Assembly: GCA_039798685.1 (NCBI GenBank)
Contig: JBDKFM010000001.1
Location: 1 to 45,727 of the forward strand
Reading direction: 5' to 3'
Source of the DNA: Candidatus Parcubacteria bacterium
GTDB taxonomy: Bacteria; Patescibacteriota; Microgenomatia; Levybacterales; UBA12049
DNA length: 45,727 nt
Below, one piece after another: positions 16,554-25,125 of this stretch (positions within the stretch are counted from its first letter, which is position 1; each line of letters opens with the position of its first letter). The notes under the pieces are model-generated. The model saw only the letters and a program-made list of their open reading frames with translations, was not told where the DNA came from and made no database searches. Both the position numbers and the translations under genes were made by a program.

Positions 16554-16671
16554 ATTTTTTTCTGCTGACAAATTGTTTACAAAGAGTGGAGAGACGAAGA
16601 GAAAATCTACAATAAATGGAGCATTCTTTATCTTACCAAATCCAAACTGATGAGCAGTTTTACTTTAAATC

Positions 16672-16700
16672 ATTATAGCAAAATTGTAGGTCAACTTCAA
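16672..16700 (-). promoter_or_regulatory. Candidate promoter of the helicase gene with a ~100-nt 5' UTR
   Basis: Minus strand TTGAAG (16700..16695), 17-nt spacer, TATAAT (16677..16672). This is about 110 nt upstream of ATG 16553. Confidence 0.45.
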
Positions 16701-16730
16701 GGTGACGTATATTATGAACAAAATAAGTAC

Positions 16731-17861
16731 TCAATCTACCTGAAGCCTTTGATGCAATCTCACGCCTATAGAGGCTCGAAGCTCATCAATCCCTTTTCCT
16801 GTTTTGACAGAGGTTGAGAGAGGTGAAAATTCCTTGTATTTTTCAAGCAATCTGATTTCTGTCTCTTCATTTATAAGATCGGATTTATTAAATATATACA
16901 CCGCGTCTTCAGTACTTCTCCCCAATCCGTGTAGAATTTCATTAACCACACGAATTTTATAATCACACTCAGGATCAGCACTGTCAATAACATGCAGCAA
17001 AAGATCGGAGTGTAGCGACTCAGTAAGCGTCGCATTGAATGCCTGAATGAGTCTCGGTGGAAGATTTCTAATAAATCCGATTGTATCTGTTACCAACACA
17101 TCTTTCATCAATTCAGGAGAATAAAATTTCCCGACACTATTATCAAGTGTTGCAAATAATGCATTCTCTACAAATGCCTCTTTACCACAAAGCGCATGAA
17201 AAAGAGAACTTTTTCCCGCATTCGTATAGCCGACAATAGACACAGTCAAAAAACCAGACCTCTTCCTTTGATCCAACTGCATCGCCTTATTCTTACTAAT
17301 TTTTTCCAATTGTTCACCCACACGTTTTAACTCAGCTCTCCAGTGCCGCTTCATTAGCTCGGTGTTTGTCTCTCCGACACCAAGTGTGCCGATACCACCC
17401 CCCTGACGGGACATAACATACCCCATACCATAAATTCTCGGCCCCATATATTTCATTCTGGCGAGCTGAATCTGAAGCCTCGACTCCGTTGTGGTCGCGT
17501 GTTTTTCAAAAATATGCAAAATAAGATCAACTCTATCCCACACTTCAATTGATGGTGACACTGTCTGAAAACGTTTTTGTAATTCATGAACCTGTCCTGG
17601 TTTTGCCATCGCGTTTAATACAACAACATCGACTTGATGCTTTTTCAATCTCTCCATTACCTCCTGCACCTTCCCTTTTCCGATATACGTCGTATGATCA
17701 GGTTTATCCAGCTTCTGTAGTACACGATCCACAATGACACCACCAAAGGTCTCAATAAGTGATTCCAACTCTTCGCCCATACGGATAACGTTCTCTTTTT
17801 CTGCTCTTGGATTCACAAGAAAAACAGGAATAAAATGTAGTGTTTTTTTAAGATCGATCAT
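16731..17861 (-). CDS. hflX: GTPase HflX
   Basis: 376 aa. HflX N-terminal domain, then G1 GYTNAGKSSL, G3 DTIGF and G4 NKSD. Confidence 0.92.
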   Translation of the reverse strand: MIDLKKTLHFIPVFLVNPRAEKENVIRMGEELESLIETFGGVIVDRVLQKLDKPDHTTYIGKGKVQEVMERLKKHQVDVVVLNAMAKPGQVHELQKRFQTVSPSIEVWDRVDLILHIFEKHATTTESRLQIQLARMKYMGPRIYGMGYVMSRQGGGIGTLGVGETNTELMKRHWRAELKRVGEQLEKISKNKAMQLDQRKRSGFLTVSIVGYTNAGKSSLFHALCGKEAFVENALFATLDNSVGKFYSPELMKDVLVTDTIGFIRNLPPRLIQAFNATLTESLHSDLLLHVIDSADPECDYKIRVVNEILHGLGRSTEDAVYIFNKSDLINEETEIRLLEKYKEFSPLSTSVKTGKGIDELRASIGVRLHQRLQVD

Positions 17862-17894
17862 ATATATCTACAAATAGTGGATGAGAAGATTCAA

Positions 17895-18323
17895 CTAATT
17901 CCCACAAAGTTCTTCAAGCAAACTTCTGTGTTTTTCAATAAAAAGCTTCGTAATCTGTTCAAGCTTTACCTTCTCAAGCTCTCGAAGTGTAAAAAAATCA
18001 ATTGTTCTCGCTTCACTTCTCTGAATGTTGTTCACATCTTTGTCCGACAACAGAGCATGATAAAAATATTTTTTCTCTCCGTCATACACCCAGTTTGAAA
18101 GAAGCGTTACCTCACTGAGTTTAATCTGCATCGATTCAAACACCGCTCGTACAACTGCATCCTCAAATGTCTCCTTCTTCCTTTTTACACCCATAATAAA
18201 AGACCACACATCTGATGAGGAGCGTATTGGGGTACTTTCTTCGAGAAATAATAACACCTTTCCTTTATAGGTAAGGAGAATAATGCTTCCTTCTTTATTC
18301 AACGCCACGTCTGCATTATACAA
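17895..18323 (-). CDS. NUDIX-fold protein with a degenerate Nudix box
   Basis: GVKRKKETFEDAVVRAVFESMQI fits Gx5Ex7R..xE only partially (REUxEE is replaced by RAVFES). TTG start in the track; a GTG at 18308 lies 6 nt after an internal TATAAT, so the start is uncertain. Confidence 0.45.
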   Translation of the reverse strand: MYNADVALNKEGSIILLTYKGKVLLFLEESTPIRSSSDVWSFIMGVKRKKETFEDAVVRAVFESMQIKLSEVTLLSNWVYDGEKKYFYHALLSDKDVNNIQRSEARTIDFFTLRELEKVKLEQITKLFIEKHRSLLEELCGN

Positions 18324-18422
18324 TAATGCCGATTCCTGCGCTCATTTCTTCTTAATTCAGAAAAAAATATACACAGTTCTCTTCATCTGTTCTTTCAAAA
18401 CCCTTTGTTTTATACTGTTTCT

Positions 18423-19136
18423 ATGAGAAAACGGATAAAAAAACTTATCGACTTTTCATTCAGCTCAAACGCCACAGTAGTATTATTTGTAGAAATCCTT
18501 ATCGGTATATTTCTCATTCTCATCACCACTTTTTTCCTCGCAGATCTCACAAAAGACACGCTTATTGACAACACTATTACAGAATTTGACAGGAGGATCT
18601 CACAGACTGTCTATGCTCTTCGTACACCTTCTCTCACGCAGTTCATGGTCTTTATCTCATGGCTTGGTGCGGATTTCATACTTGCCGTCTCAACTGTCAT
18701 AATGATTTTTTTTACTTGGAGAAAGCATAAATCAGCATCAACTCTATTTCTCATCATGCTACTTTTTGGAGCCCTCTTAAATCTCTTACTCAAAGAAATT
18801 TTTCAGAGACCACGACCGACATTTGACCCGCTTTTTATACTTGGTTCGTATAGCTTTCCATCTGGACATGCAATGAATTCTTTTGTTTTCTACGCGACAA
18901 TCACTTATTTTTACTATCACTTCACAAAAAAAATACGCAGCACAATCTTTCTTGCATTTGTCGCGCTTGCTCTCATCTCCTCTATAGGAATAAGTAGAAT
19001 CTATTTAGGAGTGCACTATCCCAGTGATGTACTCGCAGGATATTTGACCGGATTACTGTGGTTTATTCTCGTACTCGTTCTCGATCGTACGATGACATTT
19101 TTCCGACTTTACTCTTCTTATACACCAAAAAATTAA
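18423..19136 (+). CDS. PAP2 family membrane phosphatase (undecaprenyl-diphosphatase/PgpB-like)
   Basis: Motifs KEIFQRPRP (Kx6RP), PSGH and SRIYLGVHYPSDV (SRx5Hx3D). Start moved from TTG 18405 to ATG 18423 (MRKRIKK), because TATACT (18411..18416) lies 6 nt upstream. Confidence 0.88.
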   Translation: MRKRIKKLIDFSFSSNATVVLFVEILIGIFLILITTFFLADLTKDTLIDNTITEFDRRISQTVYALRTPSLTQFMVFISWLGADFILAVSTVIMIFFTWRKHKSASTLFLIMLLFGALLNLLLKEIFQRPRPTFDPLFILGSYSFPSGHAMNSFVFYATITYFYYHFTKKIRSTIFLAFVALALISSIGISRIYLGVHYPSDVLAGYLTGLLWFILVLVLDRTMTFFRLYSSYTPKN

Positions 19137-19741
19137 TTATTTACAAGAAATTTCTTCATTGATGCGATGACTGATGGTGCATCAGTAAAAGGAATTGCAT
19201 GTATCCCGACTTTTTCTGCAGCCACACAATTTTCCTCTATATCGTCAATAAATATCACTTCCTCACCTTTTGCACGGATTAGTTCGAGCGTATAGGTATA
19301 GATTCTCCTCTCAGGCTTCTGCATTCCGACCTCAGCCGAAATTACCATCACATCGAACAATGGACCCAGTCGATATTGTTCCGTATAAATAGTTCTCGCA
19401 TTCTCCCACGCGTTACTCAAAAGAGCGGTTCTGTACTTGACTCTTAACCGCTTCATGAATGAGTAGAAATCATGATTTAGAATATCACCAGCATAAAAAT
19501 CGTCCTGTAGCATCTTCTCCTCCTCACGAGTAAGATTAAACCGTCTTGCAATATCGTTCCAGATTACCTCGCTTTTCACCCCTCCAACTGTTGCCCGATC
19601 AGCTGGTTCAATCATATACACCAACTCAGAAAGACCACCCGGCTTTAGATCAAACCTATCTTCCCATGCTTTCCTCCTACTCGTATCCCCAGTTCTTACC
19701 AATACCCCTCCCACATCACAAATAATTGCTTTTATTGGCAT
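19133..19741 (-). CDS. HAD superfamily hydrolase, subfamily IA
   Basis: Motif I AIICDVGGVL (DxGGVL variant), motif II LLSNA, motif IV FIDDIEEN. Stop shares TTAA with the convergent PAP2 stop. Confidence 0.75.
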   Translation of the reverse strand: MPIKAIICDVGGVLVRTGDTSRRKAWEDRFDLKPGGLSELVYMIEPADRATVGGVKSEVIWNDIARRFNLTREEEKMLQDDFYAGDILNHDFYSFMKRLRVKYRTALLSNAWENARTIYTEQYRLGPLFDVMVISAEVGMQKPERRIYTYTLELIRAKGEEVIFIDDIEENCVAAEKVGIHAIPFTDAPSVIASMKKFLVNN

Positions 19742-19783
19742 AGTAAAAGTATAACAAATGAGGGAGGAAAGAATTTTTAGAAG

Positions 19784-20239
19784 TTACTCAATATGATCCC
19801 GAACGAGTTTGAGGTGATGAGGGTCACGAAGAAAAAAAATAGTCCAGTATCGCTCAACTCCGTTTCTAGTCATTGCCTCATGCCTATGATTACCGTCAAC
19901 TATCTCAAGAGGCTTCCAAAAGTCAGTCACAATGAGTGGAGGAAGCGGCTCTCCATTTTTTACGACCTCCTCAAGACGTGAGACTCTCTCTTCCCATTTA
20001 CCGAGCGGTTGACGCTCATGAGGCTTCTCCTCCGGACCATCTATCTTCCGAAGAAGCGAGAGAGGAACCTCTGCAATCTCTATCATTGTCGCTTCTTCAT
20101 CTCTTAAAGCCCTGGCAAGACCCTCATTTCCTTCGGAGAGCAGAAATTCCTGCACCCATTCCCGAAGAACACCCTTCTTCTTTGCAAGGATGGCAGCTTG
20201 TGTTGTATATTTTTTTGTCACTACTCTTTTATGTTTCAT
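19784..20239 (-). CDS. Small ParB/Srx-like N-terminal domain protein
   Basis: LPPLIVTDFWKPLEIVDGNHRHEA resembles the ParB-like nuclease domain core (PPI.V......iiDGhHR..A). Confidence 0.45.
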   Translation of the reverse strand: MKHKRVVTKKYTTQAAILAKKKGVLREWVQEFLLSEGNEGLARALRDEEATMIEIAEVPLSLLRKIDGPEEKPHERQPLGKWEERVSRLEEVVKNGEPLPPLIVTDFWKPLEIVDGNHRHEAMTRNGVERYWTIFFLRDPHHLKLVRDHIE

Positions 20240-20301
20240 CTTGAATGCAAAAGATTATAACAAAACTAACTGAAGAAAGACTGAGAAAAATTGAATTGAG
20301 A

Positions 20302-21099
20302 CTATATGATACTTTTTGTTGCTTGTAATGAAAAAAGGAGAGGGATCTGTATTTTTTTATCTTTCAGGACGTACTGACCTGAAGTATTTTTCTCCATAAA
20401 GCCAGGGAATTGATCATACATTGTAAACGGAAACTCATGAACAAAATCAATCCTCAAGCCTTCATCGATCAACGAGTTAATCACATCACCCATTGTGTAA
20501 CTCCACTCGTACGTTACCCCCTGCACTTTAGCATCCCAGTCTGTATAGGTCCCTGATGAATCATCGATGAAAGGACCTCTCTGGAAGTATTTATAAAAAA
20601 TCTTAAAATCATGGCTGAGAATACTTGTGAAAGGATGAAGTTCGACAATATAAAATTTTCCCCCATCGTTTAAAAAATGATTTATCACTTTAGCCCATTT
20701 TTTAATACTCGATAACCAACAGAGCACACCATACGAAGCGAAAATAATATCGTACTTTTTATGAAGCACGTCGGGAAGTTTATAAATATCTGAGCAAATA
20801 AAATTTCCCGGTATTCCCGTTTCCCTGCTCAGCTTTTTTGCTAATTTTATCGAGTCGTCCGACAGATCAACCCCGGTCACTATTGCTCCTTCTCTCGCCC
20901 ATGAAAGTGTATCCATACCGAAATGACAGAGAAGATGCAGCAGGGTTTTTCCTTTTACGTTACCTAACTCCTTAAGCTCGATCGACTGCAGACTGGTTTT
21001 CCCTTTTTTAAAACTTTTAAGGTCATAGAGACTAGATTCTGCATGAACAGATGTCACATCATTCCACCATTTCTTATTGATACTTGAATAATCTTTCAT
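20302..21099 (-). CDS. Class I SAM-dependent methyltransferase
   Basis: SAM-binding motif I region LLHLLCHFGMDTLSWAREGAIVTGVDLSDDSI and post-I/II region YDIIFASYGVLCWL. The first ATG is at 21099 (MKDYSS); the track extends to a TTG at 21114. Confidence 0.8.
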   Translation of the reverse strand: MKDYSSINKKWWNDVTSVHAESSLYDLKSFKKGKTSLQSIELKELGNVKGKTLLHLLCHFGMDTLSWAREGAIVTGVDLSDDSIKLAKKLSRETGIPGNFICSDIYKLPDVLHKKYDIIFASYGVLCWLSSIKKWAKVINHFLNDGGKFYIVELHPFTSILSHDFKIFYKYFQRGPFIDDSSGTYTDWDAKVQGVTYEWSYTMGDVINSLIDEGLRIDFVHEFPFTMYDQFPGFMEKNTSGQYVLKDKKIQIPLLFSLQATKSII

Positions 21100-21210
21100 A
21101 AATAAAAGTATCAATGAGTTTAGGTTGTTTTGTCAACCCCTTATTTAACTCGCAAAAACCATCTCAATAGTTTTTATGTTCATTATTCTATGAAGAAACG
21201 GGGGAAATAA

Positions 21211-21798
21211 TCAGCGGAGCACACGGGCAATTTGCTGAATCGTTTGCAGGTATCGAATACTTCCGATCTCATGTTCAGTTTTCTGAATCCGAGTAAGATG
21301 TTTTCGTGATGAAAGAATCTGATGAAATGTCTTCTGAACTCGCTTCTTAAGGGACTTCGCTTCTCTCGCACCGTATAGCATATGTACCTGTTTGGTTTTT
21401 ATCTTTTTGGCAAGTACAGCACTTTGAAGCTGAGCAAAATCCTGATACCTCTCAGCCATCAATGCTGACATCAGATTAGTCTTTACTCTGGCTATATCCT
21501 CACGAAAAAATGGAGAAAGTGAACATAATATCAGTCCTGAAGAACGCACTTTTGTCGAAGCAAGAAGTGCTACCATCGCTCCAAATGAGAATCCGAGAAT
21601 ATATTTTTTCTTCCTTTTTATATGGTTAAATTCCTTAAGAAAAAATACAGCATTCTCCGAAACGGTTCGTTTTTTCCACGAAATACGGGAAAGAACCGGA
21701 AAATATCCTTCTTCTCGTAAAATTCTTGCAATTTCTTTATATGCTTTAGTTCCTGGTCCATGCCTGAAGCCAGGAATGATAAAAACTGTTTTTTTCAT
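21211..21798 (-). CDS. Small alpha/beta-fold hydrolase
   Basis: 195 aa. Nucleophile elbow GFSFGA (GxSxG). TATAAT (21815..21810 on the minus strand) lies 11 nt upstream of the ATG. No SD. Confidence 0.6.
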   Translation of the reverse strand: MKKTVFIIPGFRHGPGTKAYKEIARILREEGYFPVLSRISWKKRTVSENAVFFLKEFNHIKRKKKYILGFSFGAMVALLASTKVRSSGLILCSLSPFFREDIARVKTNLMSALMAERYQDFAQLQSAVLAKKIKTKQVHMLYGAREAKSLKKRVQKTFHQILSSRKHLTRIQKTEHEIGSIRYLQTIQQIARVLR

Positions 21799-22046
21799 GA
21801 AGGAGCGGGATTATACCAAAATTGAGGCTAAATGAGCAATCTTCCTATGGTAGAGGCCAAATTACCGTCGATAAATATCTAGCATTTGCTCTGAAATGAT
21901 TTCCGAATTTTTTCTTGAATTTTTTACTATTAACTCCCAACCACTCCTCTTTCGTTCTTCATATTTCATTTTCGGGTTCAAGTATCTCAGTAGCTAATTC
22001 ATCTTCAGGATCTCAGCAAAGACTATCTCACATTTCGAGAAGAGAG

Positions 22047-22062
22047 TGAGCTGCCGAACCAG
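22047..22062. repeat. 16-nt direct duplicate of the tRNA-Gln 3' end
   Basis: TGAGCTGCCGAACCAG at 22047..22062 is identical to 22154..22169, which is the last 12 nt of tRNA-Gln plus 4 nt downstream. The copies are 107 nt apart. Confidence 0.8.
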
Positions 22063-22121
22063 TACCCTGCGGGCATCTTCGAGATTCGTGCTATCGCACA
22101 AATCAAGCTCACTGACAATTC

Positions 22122-22152
22122 AAAAAATAGACACCAAAAGGTGCCTATTTTT
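22122..22152 (-). terminator. Intrinsic terminator hairpin downstream of tRNA-Gln (bidirectional design)
   Basis: ATAGACACC-AAAA-GGTGCCTAT stem (9 bp, 1 mismatch), flanked by an A6 run on one side and a T5 run on the other. On the minus strand it is followed by U6. Confidence 0.6.
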
Positions 22153-22157
22153 ATGAG

Positions 22158-22228
22158 CTGCCGAACCAGGATTCGAACCTAGATAAACGGATTCAGAGTC
22201 CGTTGTCCTACCATTAGACGATTCGGCA
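22158..22228 (-). tRNA. tRNA-Gln(CUG): tRNA-Gln (anticodon CUG), no encoded CCA
   Basis: Minus-strand read TGCCGAA TC GTCT AATGGTA GGAC A ACGGA CTCTGAA TCCGT TTAT CTAGG TTCGAAT CCTGG TTCGGCA G gives a 71-nt cloverleaf. It has the U1-A72 pair typical of bacterial tRNA-Gln. Confidence 0.9.
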
Positions 22229-22274
22229 ATAGTAGAGAGGATCAGGTAATTTTACTAGAATTGAAGCCAAATTG

Positions 22275-23231
22275 CTATTTTGAGAAAAAATCGTACACTG
22301 CACGGGACAGAACAGAGATCTTTGCATTTGCCTCAAGGGGCTCCTTCGTATCTGAAAGCACAACGATGATATAGTCGCCTTGTGGTGAATACACAATCCC
22401 TGCATCATGAGAGATTGTTCCAAGCTCACCTGTTTTATGCGCTATGACAACATCTTCAGGGAGATCTTTTGGTAATTTCTCATTTAAACGTTGCCCCCGA
22501 AGAAGTGCAAGCATCTTTTCAGTGTATTCAATCTCAGCCAACTGATTTCTATAGAGCTTCTCATAAAAAAGCGATATATCTGATGCGGTTGTTACAGGAT
22601 TCTCATCTCCTCTACTCACCCTTGACTCCCTAAGTCCATGGGTATCTAAATATGACGCAACAGTCGAAAGCCGTATTTTCGCTGTCAGAAGAAGCGCAGC
22701 ATAATTATCAGAGATCGTAATCATCTTCTCAAGTGCATCACCCACGGTAAACTCAACAGTTCCCTCAGTGAGTTCGGCAGACTCAGATGCAATATGAAAT
22801 TTTTCATTCAGCACAGAGACTTCCTCCTCCAGTTTTTGTTCTTCGCTAAGCTTCCCCGCATTTATCTGTTCAAATACCGATCCCATAACCCAAAGCTTAT
22901 AAAGGCTCGCAGAATCAAACTTCTGATGCTCATTTCTCAAATACGTTTCGTCTGTTTTTAAATTTTTTACTACGATCCCATACTCTGCATTCTTCACTGG
23001 TAAAACCTTCTCAATTACATTTGCAAGAGAATTGCCCTGAGTCACACTGCGTGATTTTTGTGAGAGAGAAATTTCTGATATGTCTCTGTCTCTAAAAAAA
23101 AGAGTGCGTACGCTCCCATATATTCCCCAGATGAGAAAAAAAATAAAAATAAGCACCAAAAATCGTTTTCTCGCTGGCGGACGCTGTCTTAGACGCCGTT
23201 GTGGCGCATAATCAATCATCGAAATTGCCAT
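22275..23231 (-). CDS. Membrane-anchored serine hydrolase, class A beta-lactamase/PBP-like
   Basis: SxxK (SASLYK), SDN (ISDNYA) and KTG (HKTGEL) motifs in order. N-terminal TM anchor FLVLIFIFFLIWGIYGSV. Confidence 0.85.
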   Translation of the reverse strand: MAISMIDYAPQRRLRQRPPARKRFLVLIFIFFLIWGIYGSVRTLFFRDRDISEISLSQKSRSVTQGNSLANVIEKVLPVKNAEYGIVVKNLKTDETYLRNEHQKFDSASLYKLWVMGSVFEQINAGKLSEEQKLEEEVSVLNEKFHIASESAELTEGTVEFTVGDALEKMITISDNYAALLLTAKIRLSTVASYLDTHGLRESRVSRGDENPVTTASDISLFYEKLYRNQLAEIEYTEKMLALLRGQRLNEKLPKDLPEDVVIAHKTGELGTISHDAGIVYSPQGDYIIVVLSDTKEPLEANAKISVLSRAVYDFFSK

Positions 23232-23261
23232 AAAATCATAGGTTAGATGTATACTTTATGC

Positions 23262-23438
23262 ATGTCAACAAAGATATATGTCTGGCTTGGTGTCCTCATC
23301 GGATCAGTTGTGGGAGGATATATCCCCACTCTCTTCGGCCATTCATTACTCTCACTGAGTGTCGTTCTCGGAAACGGCATAGGCTCTATTGTGGGCATTT
23401 ATCTGGGACTTAAAATAGGAAACAGATTGAATAATTAA
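23262..23438 (+). CDS. Small two-TM Gly-rich membrane protein
   Basis: MSTKIYVWLGVLIGSVVGGYIPTLFG...VVLGNGIGSIVGIYLGLKIG. Start set to ATG 23262 because TATACT (23250..23255) lies 6 nt upstream. The track form starts at 23247. Confidence 0.5.
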   Translation: MSTKIYVWLGVLIGSVVGGYIPTLFGHSLLSLSVVLGNGIGSIVGIYLGLKIGNRLNN

Positions 23439-23439
23439 C

Positions 23440-24756
23440 TTATCGGAGATTTTCAATAATTGCCGCATATTTCTCCCTATCTTCTTTCGTATCGACGAGT
23501 GGTCCCTGAAGAAGTAAATTTACTTTTGAAAAATCCCAGTGTTTTTGCAAAGTCTGCGTAATTGTTTTTTTTGAGACATTCTCAAGAAGTGCAATATAAT
23601 CATCAGGTAACAGAATTTTCTCCCCCTCTTGGTCATCTTTCCATAACAACTCACTCTCAATCCAATTTGCAATCGATCCTGGATGGTCGAACGACATCAA
23701 CCAGCTGTTTGTCAGATAATGCTTAGTAAAATCAACCTCCGCTGTGGTCGGTCCGGTCTGAAGATAGGTACGCAATTCTGTCGTAATCAGCGCCAAAACT
23801 TCATCCAGACGATCTGATGCAACCTCGGAGCTGACACTACCATAACCGACAAATGGATAACGGGTATTCTGCGAAGTCACTCCGTACACAAGACCGCGCT
23901 CATGTCGCAGGAGGCGAAAAAGCCTACTACTGCTCAAACCACCAAGTATCACATCTGCAATATTTTCTTCAATTCTTTCCTGCAAAGCATCTTTCATTGA
24001 GAGGGAAGGAAACGTAAGATCGATATAATTTACCTGCAACTCCGGATCATTCCTAATCGCCACTGTCCGTCCAGAAAGATCATCTGCACCGTGATTTTCA
24101 AATCCTTCAAAAATCTTGTCAGACTGTATCTCTCCAAAGTACTGAGCAATCAAACCTTCAAGATCAATTTCTGAAAGATTTCCGATCACAAGAATGTACG
24201 TATTTTTCGGAAGAAAATATTTTTCCCAGTAAGAAACTAAATCCTGTTTTGTAAGTCTTTCGACAACGTCGATTGATCCGACAGTCTTTATTCTGAGCTT
24301 ACTTTCTTTTGTAAATCTTTTTTCTCTGAAAAACTCGCTAAATTTATACCACCTTGAATCCATATCCTGCTTAATTTCATTGATTACAACAGAGCGCTCT
24401 CTTTCGATGTCCTTCTCGTTAAACAAGGGATGAAAAAACACCTCACTTGCAATTTTTGTCGCGTCTTTCGCGTGAAGATTAGGAACTGTAATAGAAAAAG
24501 AGACCAAGAGCTGTGAGGTGAACGCGTTGTAACTTCCGGCAAGACTCTCTATAAATTGAGACAGTGATTCCGGAGTCGGATACGAAGGAATACCCTGTAC
24601 AAGTATATGCTCCATAAAATGAGCAATTCCATTATCCTGATCAGACTCAACAAGTGATCCGCCTTTCACGCTCACCCTAAGATGAAATGAACGAACCGAC
24701 GGCATATCATACGCGACAACCTGAATTCCATTAGGAAGTGTGAATTTTTGAAGCAT
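23440..24756 (-). CDS. M16 family zinc metallopeptidase (insulinase/pitrilysin-like)
   Basis: Inverted zinc motif HxxEH (AHFMEHIL) near the N-terminus. 438 aa with a two-domain layout. Confidence 0.85.
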   Translation of the reverse strand: MLQKFTLPNGIQVVAYDMPSVRSFHLRVSVKGGSLVESDQDNGIAHFMEHILVQGIPSYPTPESLSQFIESLAGSYNAFTSQLLVSFSITVPNLHAKDATKIASEVFFHPLFNEKDIERERSVVINEIKQDMDSRWYKFSEFFREKRFTKESKLRIKTVGSIDVVERLTKQDLVSYWEKYFLPKNTYILVIGNLSEIDLEGLIAQYFGEIQSDKIFEGFENHGADDLSGRTVAIRNDPELQVNYIDLTFPSLSMKDALQERIEENIADVILGGLSSSRLFRLLRHERGLVYGVTSQNTRYPFVGYGSVSSEVASDRLDEVLALITTELRTYLQTGPTTAEVDFTKHYLTNSWLMSFDHPGSIANWIESELLWKDDQEGEKILLPDDYIALLENVSKKTITQTLQKHWDFSKVNLLLQGPLVDTKEDREKYAAIIENLR

Positions 24757-24762
24757 AATAGA

Positions 24763-25119
24763 CTAGAGTAGGTGGGGCAAGAACACGATACACCCTACAA
24801 TTATTGATCCAATTGCTGCAGTTAATACCATCGCAGATGAGACATCTTTTGCGAATTTTGCATCAGGATGATGCTCTGCGGTAATAAGATCTACAATTTT
24901 TTCTACTGCAGTATTCATCAGCTCTGATGCGATTACAATTGTAATCATCGCTACAAGAATCCCGATTTCAAGTAACGACAACCCTAGAAAAAAGGCAAGA
25001 ATAAGCACAAGAAGCGCAACTATGAGATGAATCCTAAGATTCTGATCTTTTTTTAAGGCAAATTGCCACCCTTCACCTGCGTAAGAAAATGAACCTCTCA
25101 GTTTTCGTAATTTGATCAT
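24763..25119 (-). CDS. dgkA: Diacylglycerol/undecaprenol kinase (DgkA family)
   Basis: 118 aa with 3 TM spans. Signature ASELMNTAVEKIVDLI (E..NTA(I/V)E..VD). Confidence 0.85.
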   Translation of the reverse strand: MIKLRKLRGSFSYAGEGWQFALKKDQNLRIHLIVALLVLILAFFLGLSLLEIGILVAMITIVIASELMNTAVEKIVDLITAEHHPDAKFAKDVSSAMVLTAAIGSIIVGCIVFLPHLL

Positions 25120-25125
25120 ATGTGA

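Noticed and set aside
19784-21798. ParB-like, methyltransferase and small hydrolase block as a foreign AT-rich islet or restriction-modification-like module.
   Set aside because: Hand counts of a few 60-nt lines gave 28-45% GC, overlapping the rest of the window. The methyltransferase looks like a small-molecule class I enzyme rather than a DNA methylase. No nuclease, integrase or flanking repeats were found.
21822-21833. 12-mer TTGAGGCTAAAT shared between the hydrolase upstream region and the Fic upstream region (11937..11948).
   Set aside because: Tens of exact 12-mer coincidences are expected by chance in a 45.7-kb window (about N^2/2/4^12). The two copies sit at different positions relative to their promoters.
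21862-21969. 35-codon minus-strand ORF (MKYEERKRSGWELIVKNSRKNSEIISEQMLDIYRR) in the non-coding gap.
   Set aside because: It has no SD and no -10 at the leaderless distance. It is very short and has no recognisable motif. It could be a gene remnant, but the sequence alone does not support it.
22045-22113. Second tRNA or tRNA pseudogene downstream of tRNA-Gln. The minus strand has a 7-bp acceptor-like stem GTGAGCT...AGCTCAC.
   Set aside because: The 67-nt interior does not fold into D, anticodon and T arms, has no TTCGAAT-type T-loop and has only a GTGC-GATA-GCAC hairpin. It is kept only as part of the duplication/scar finding.
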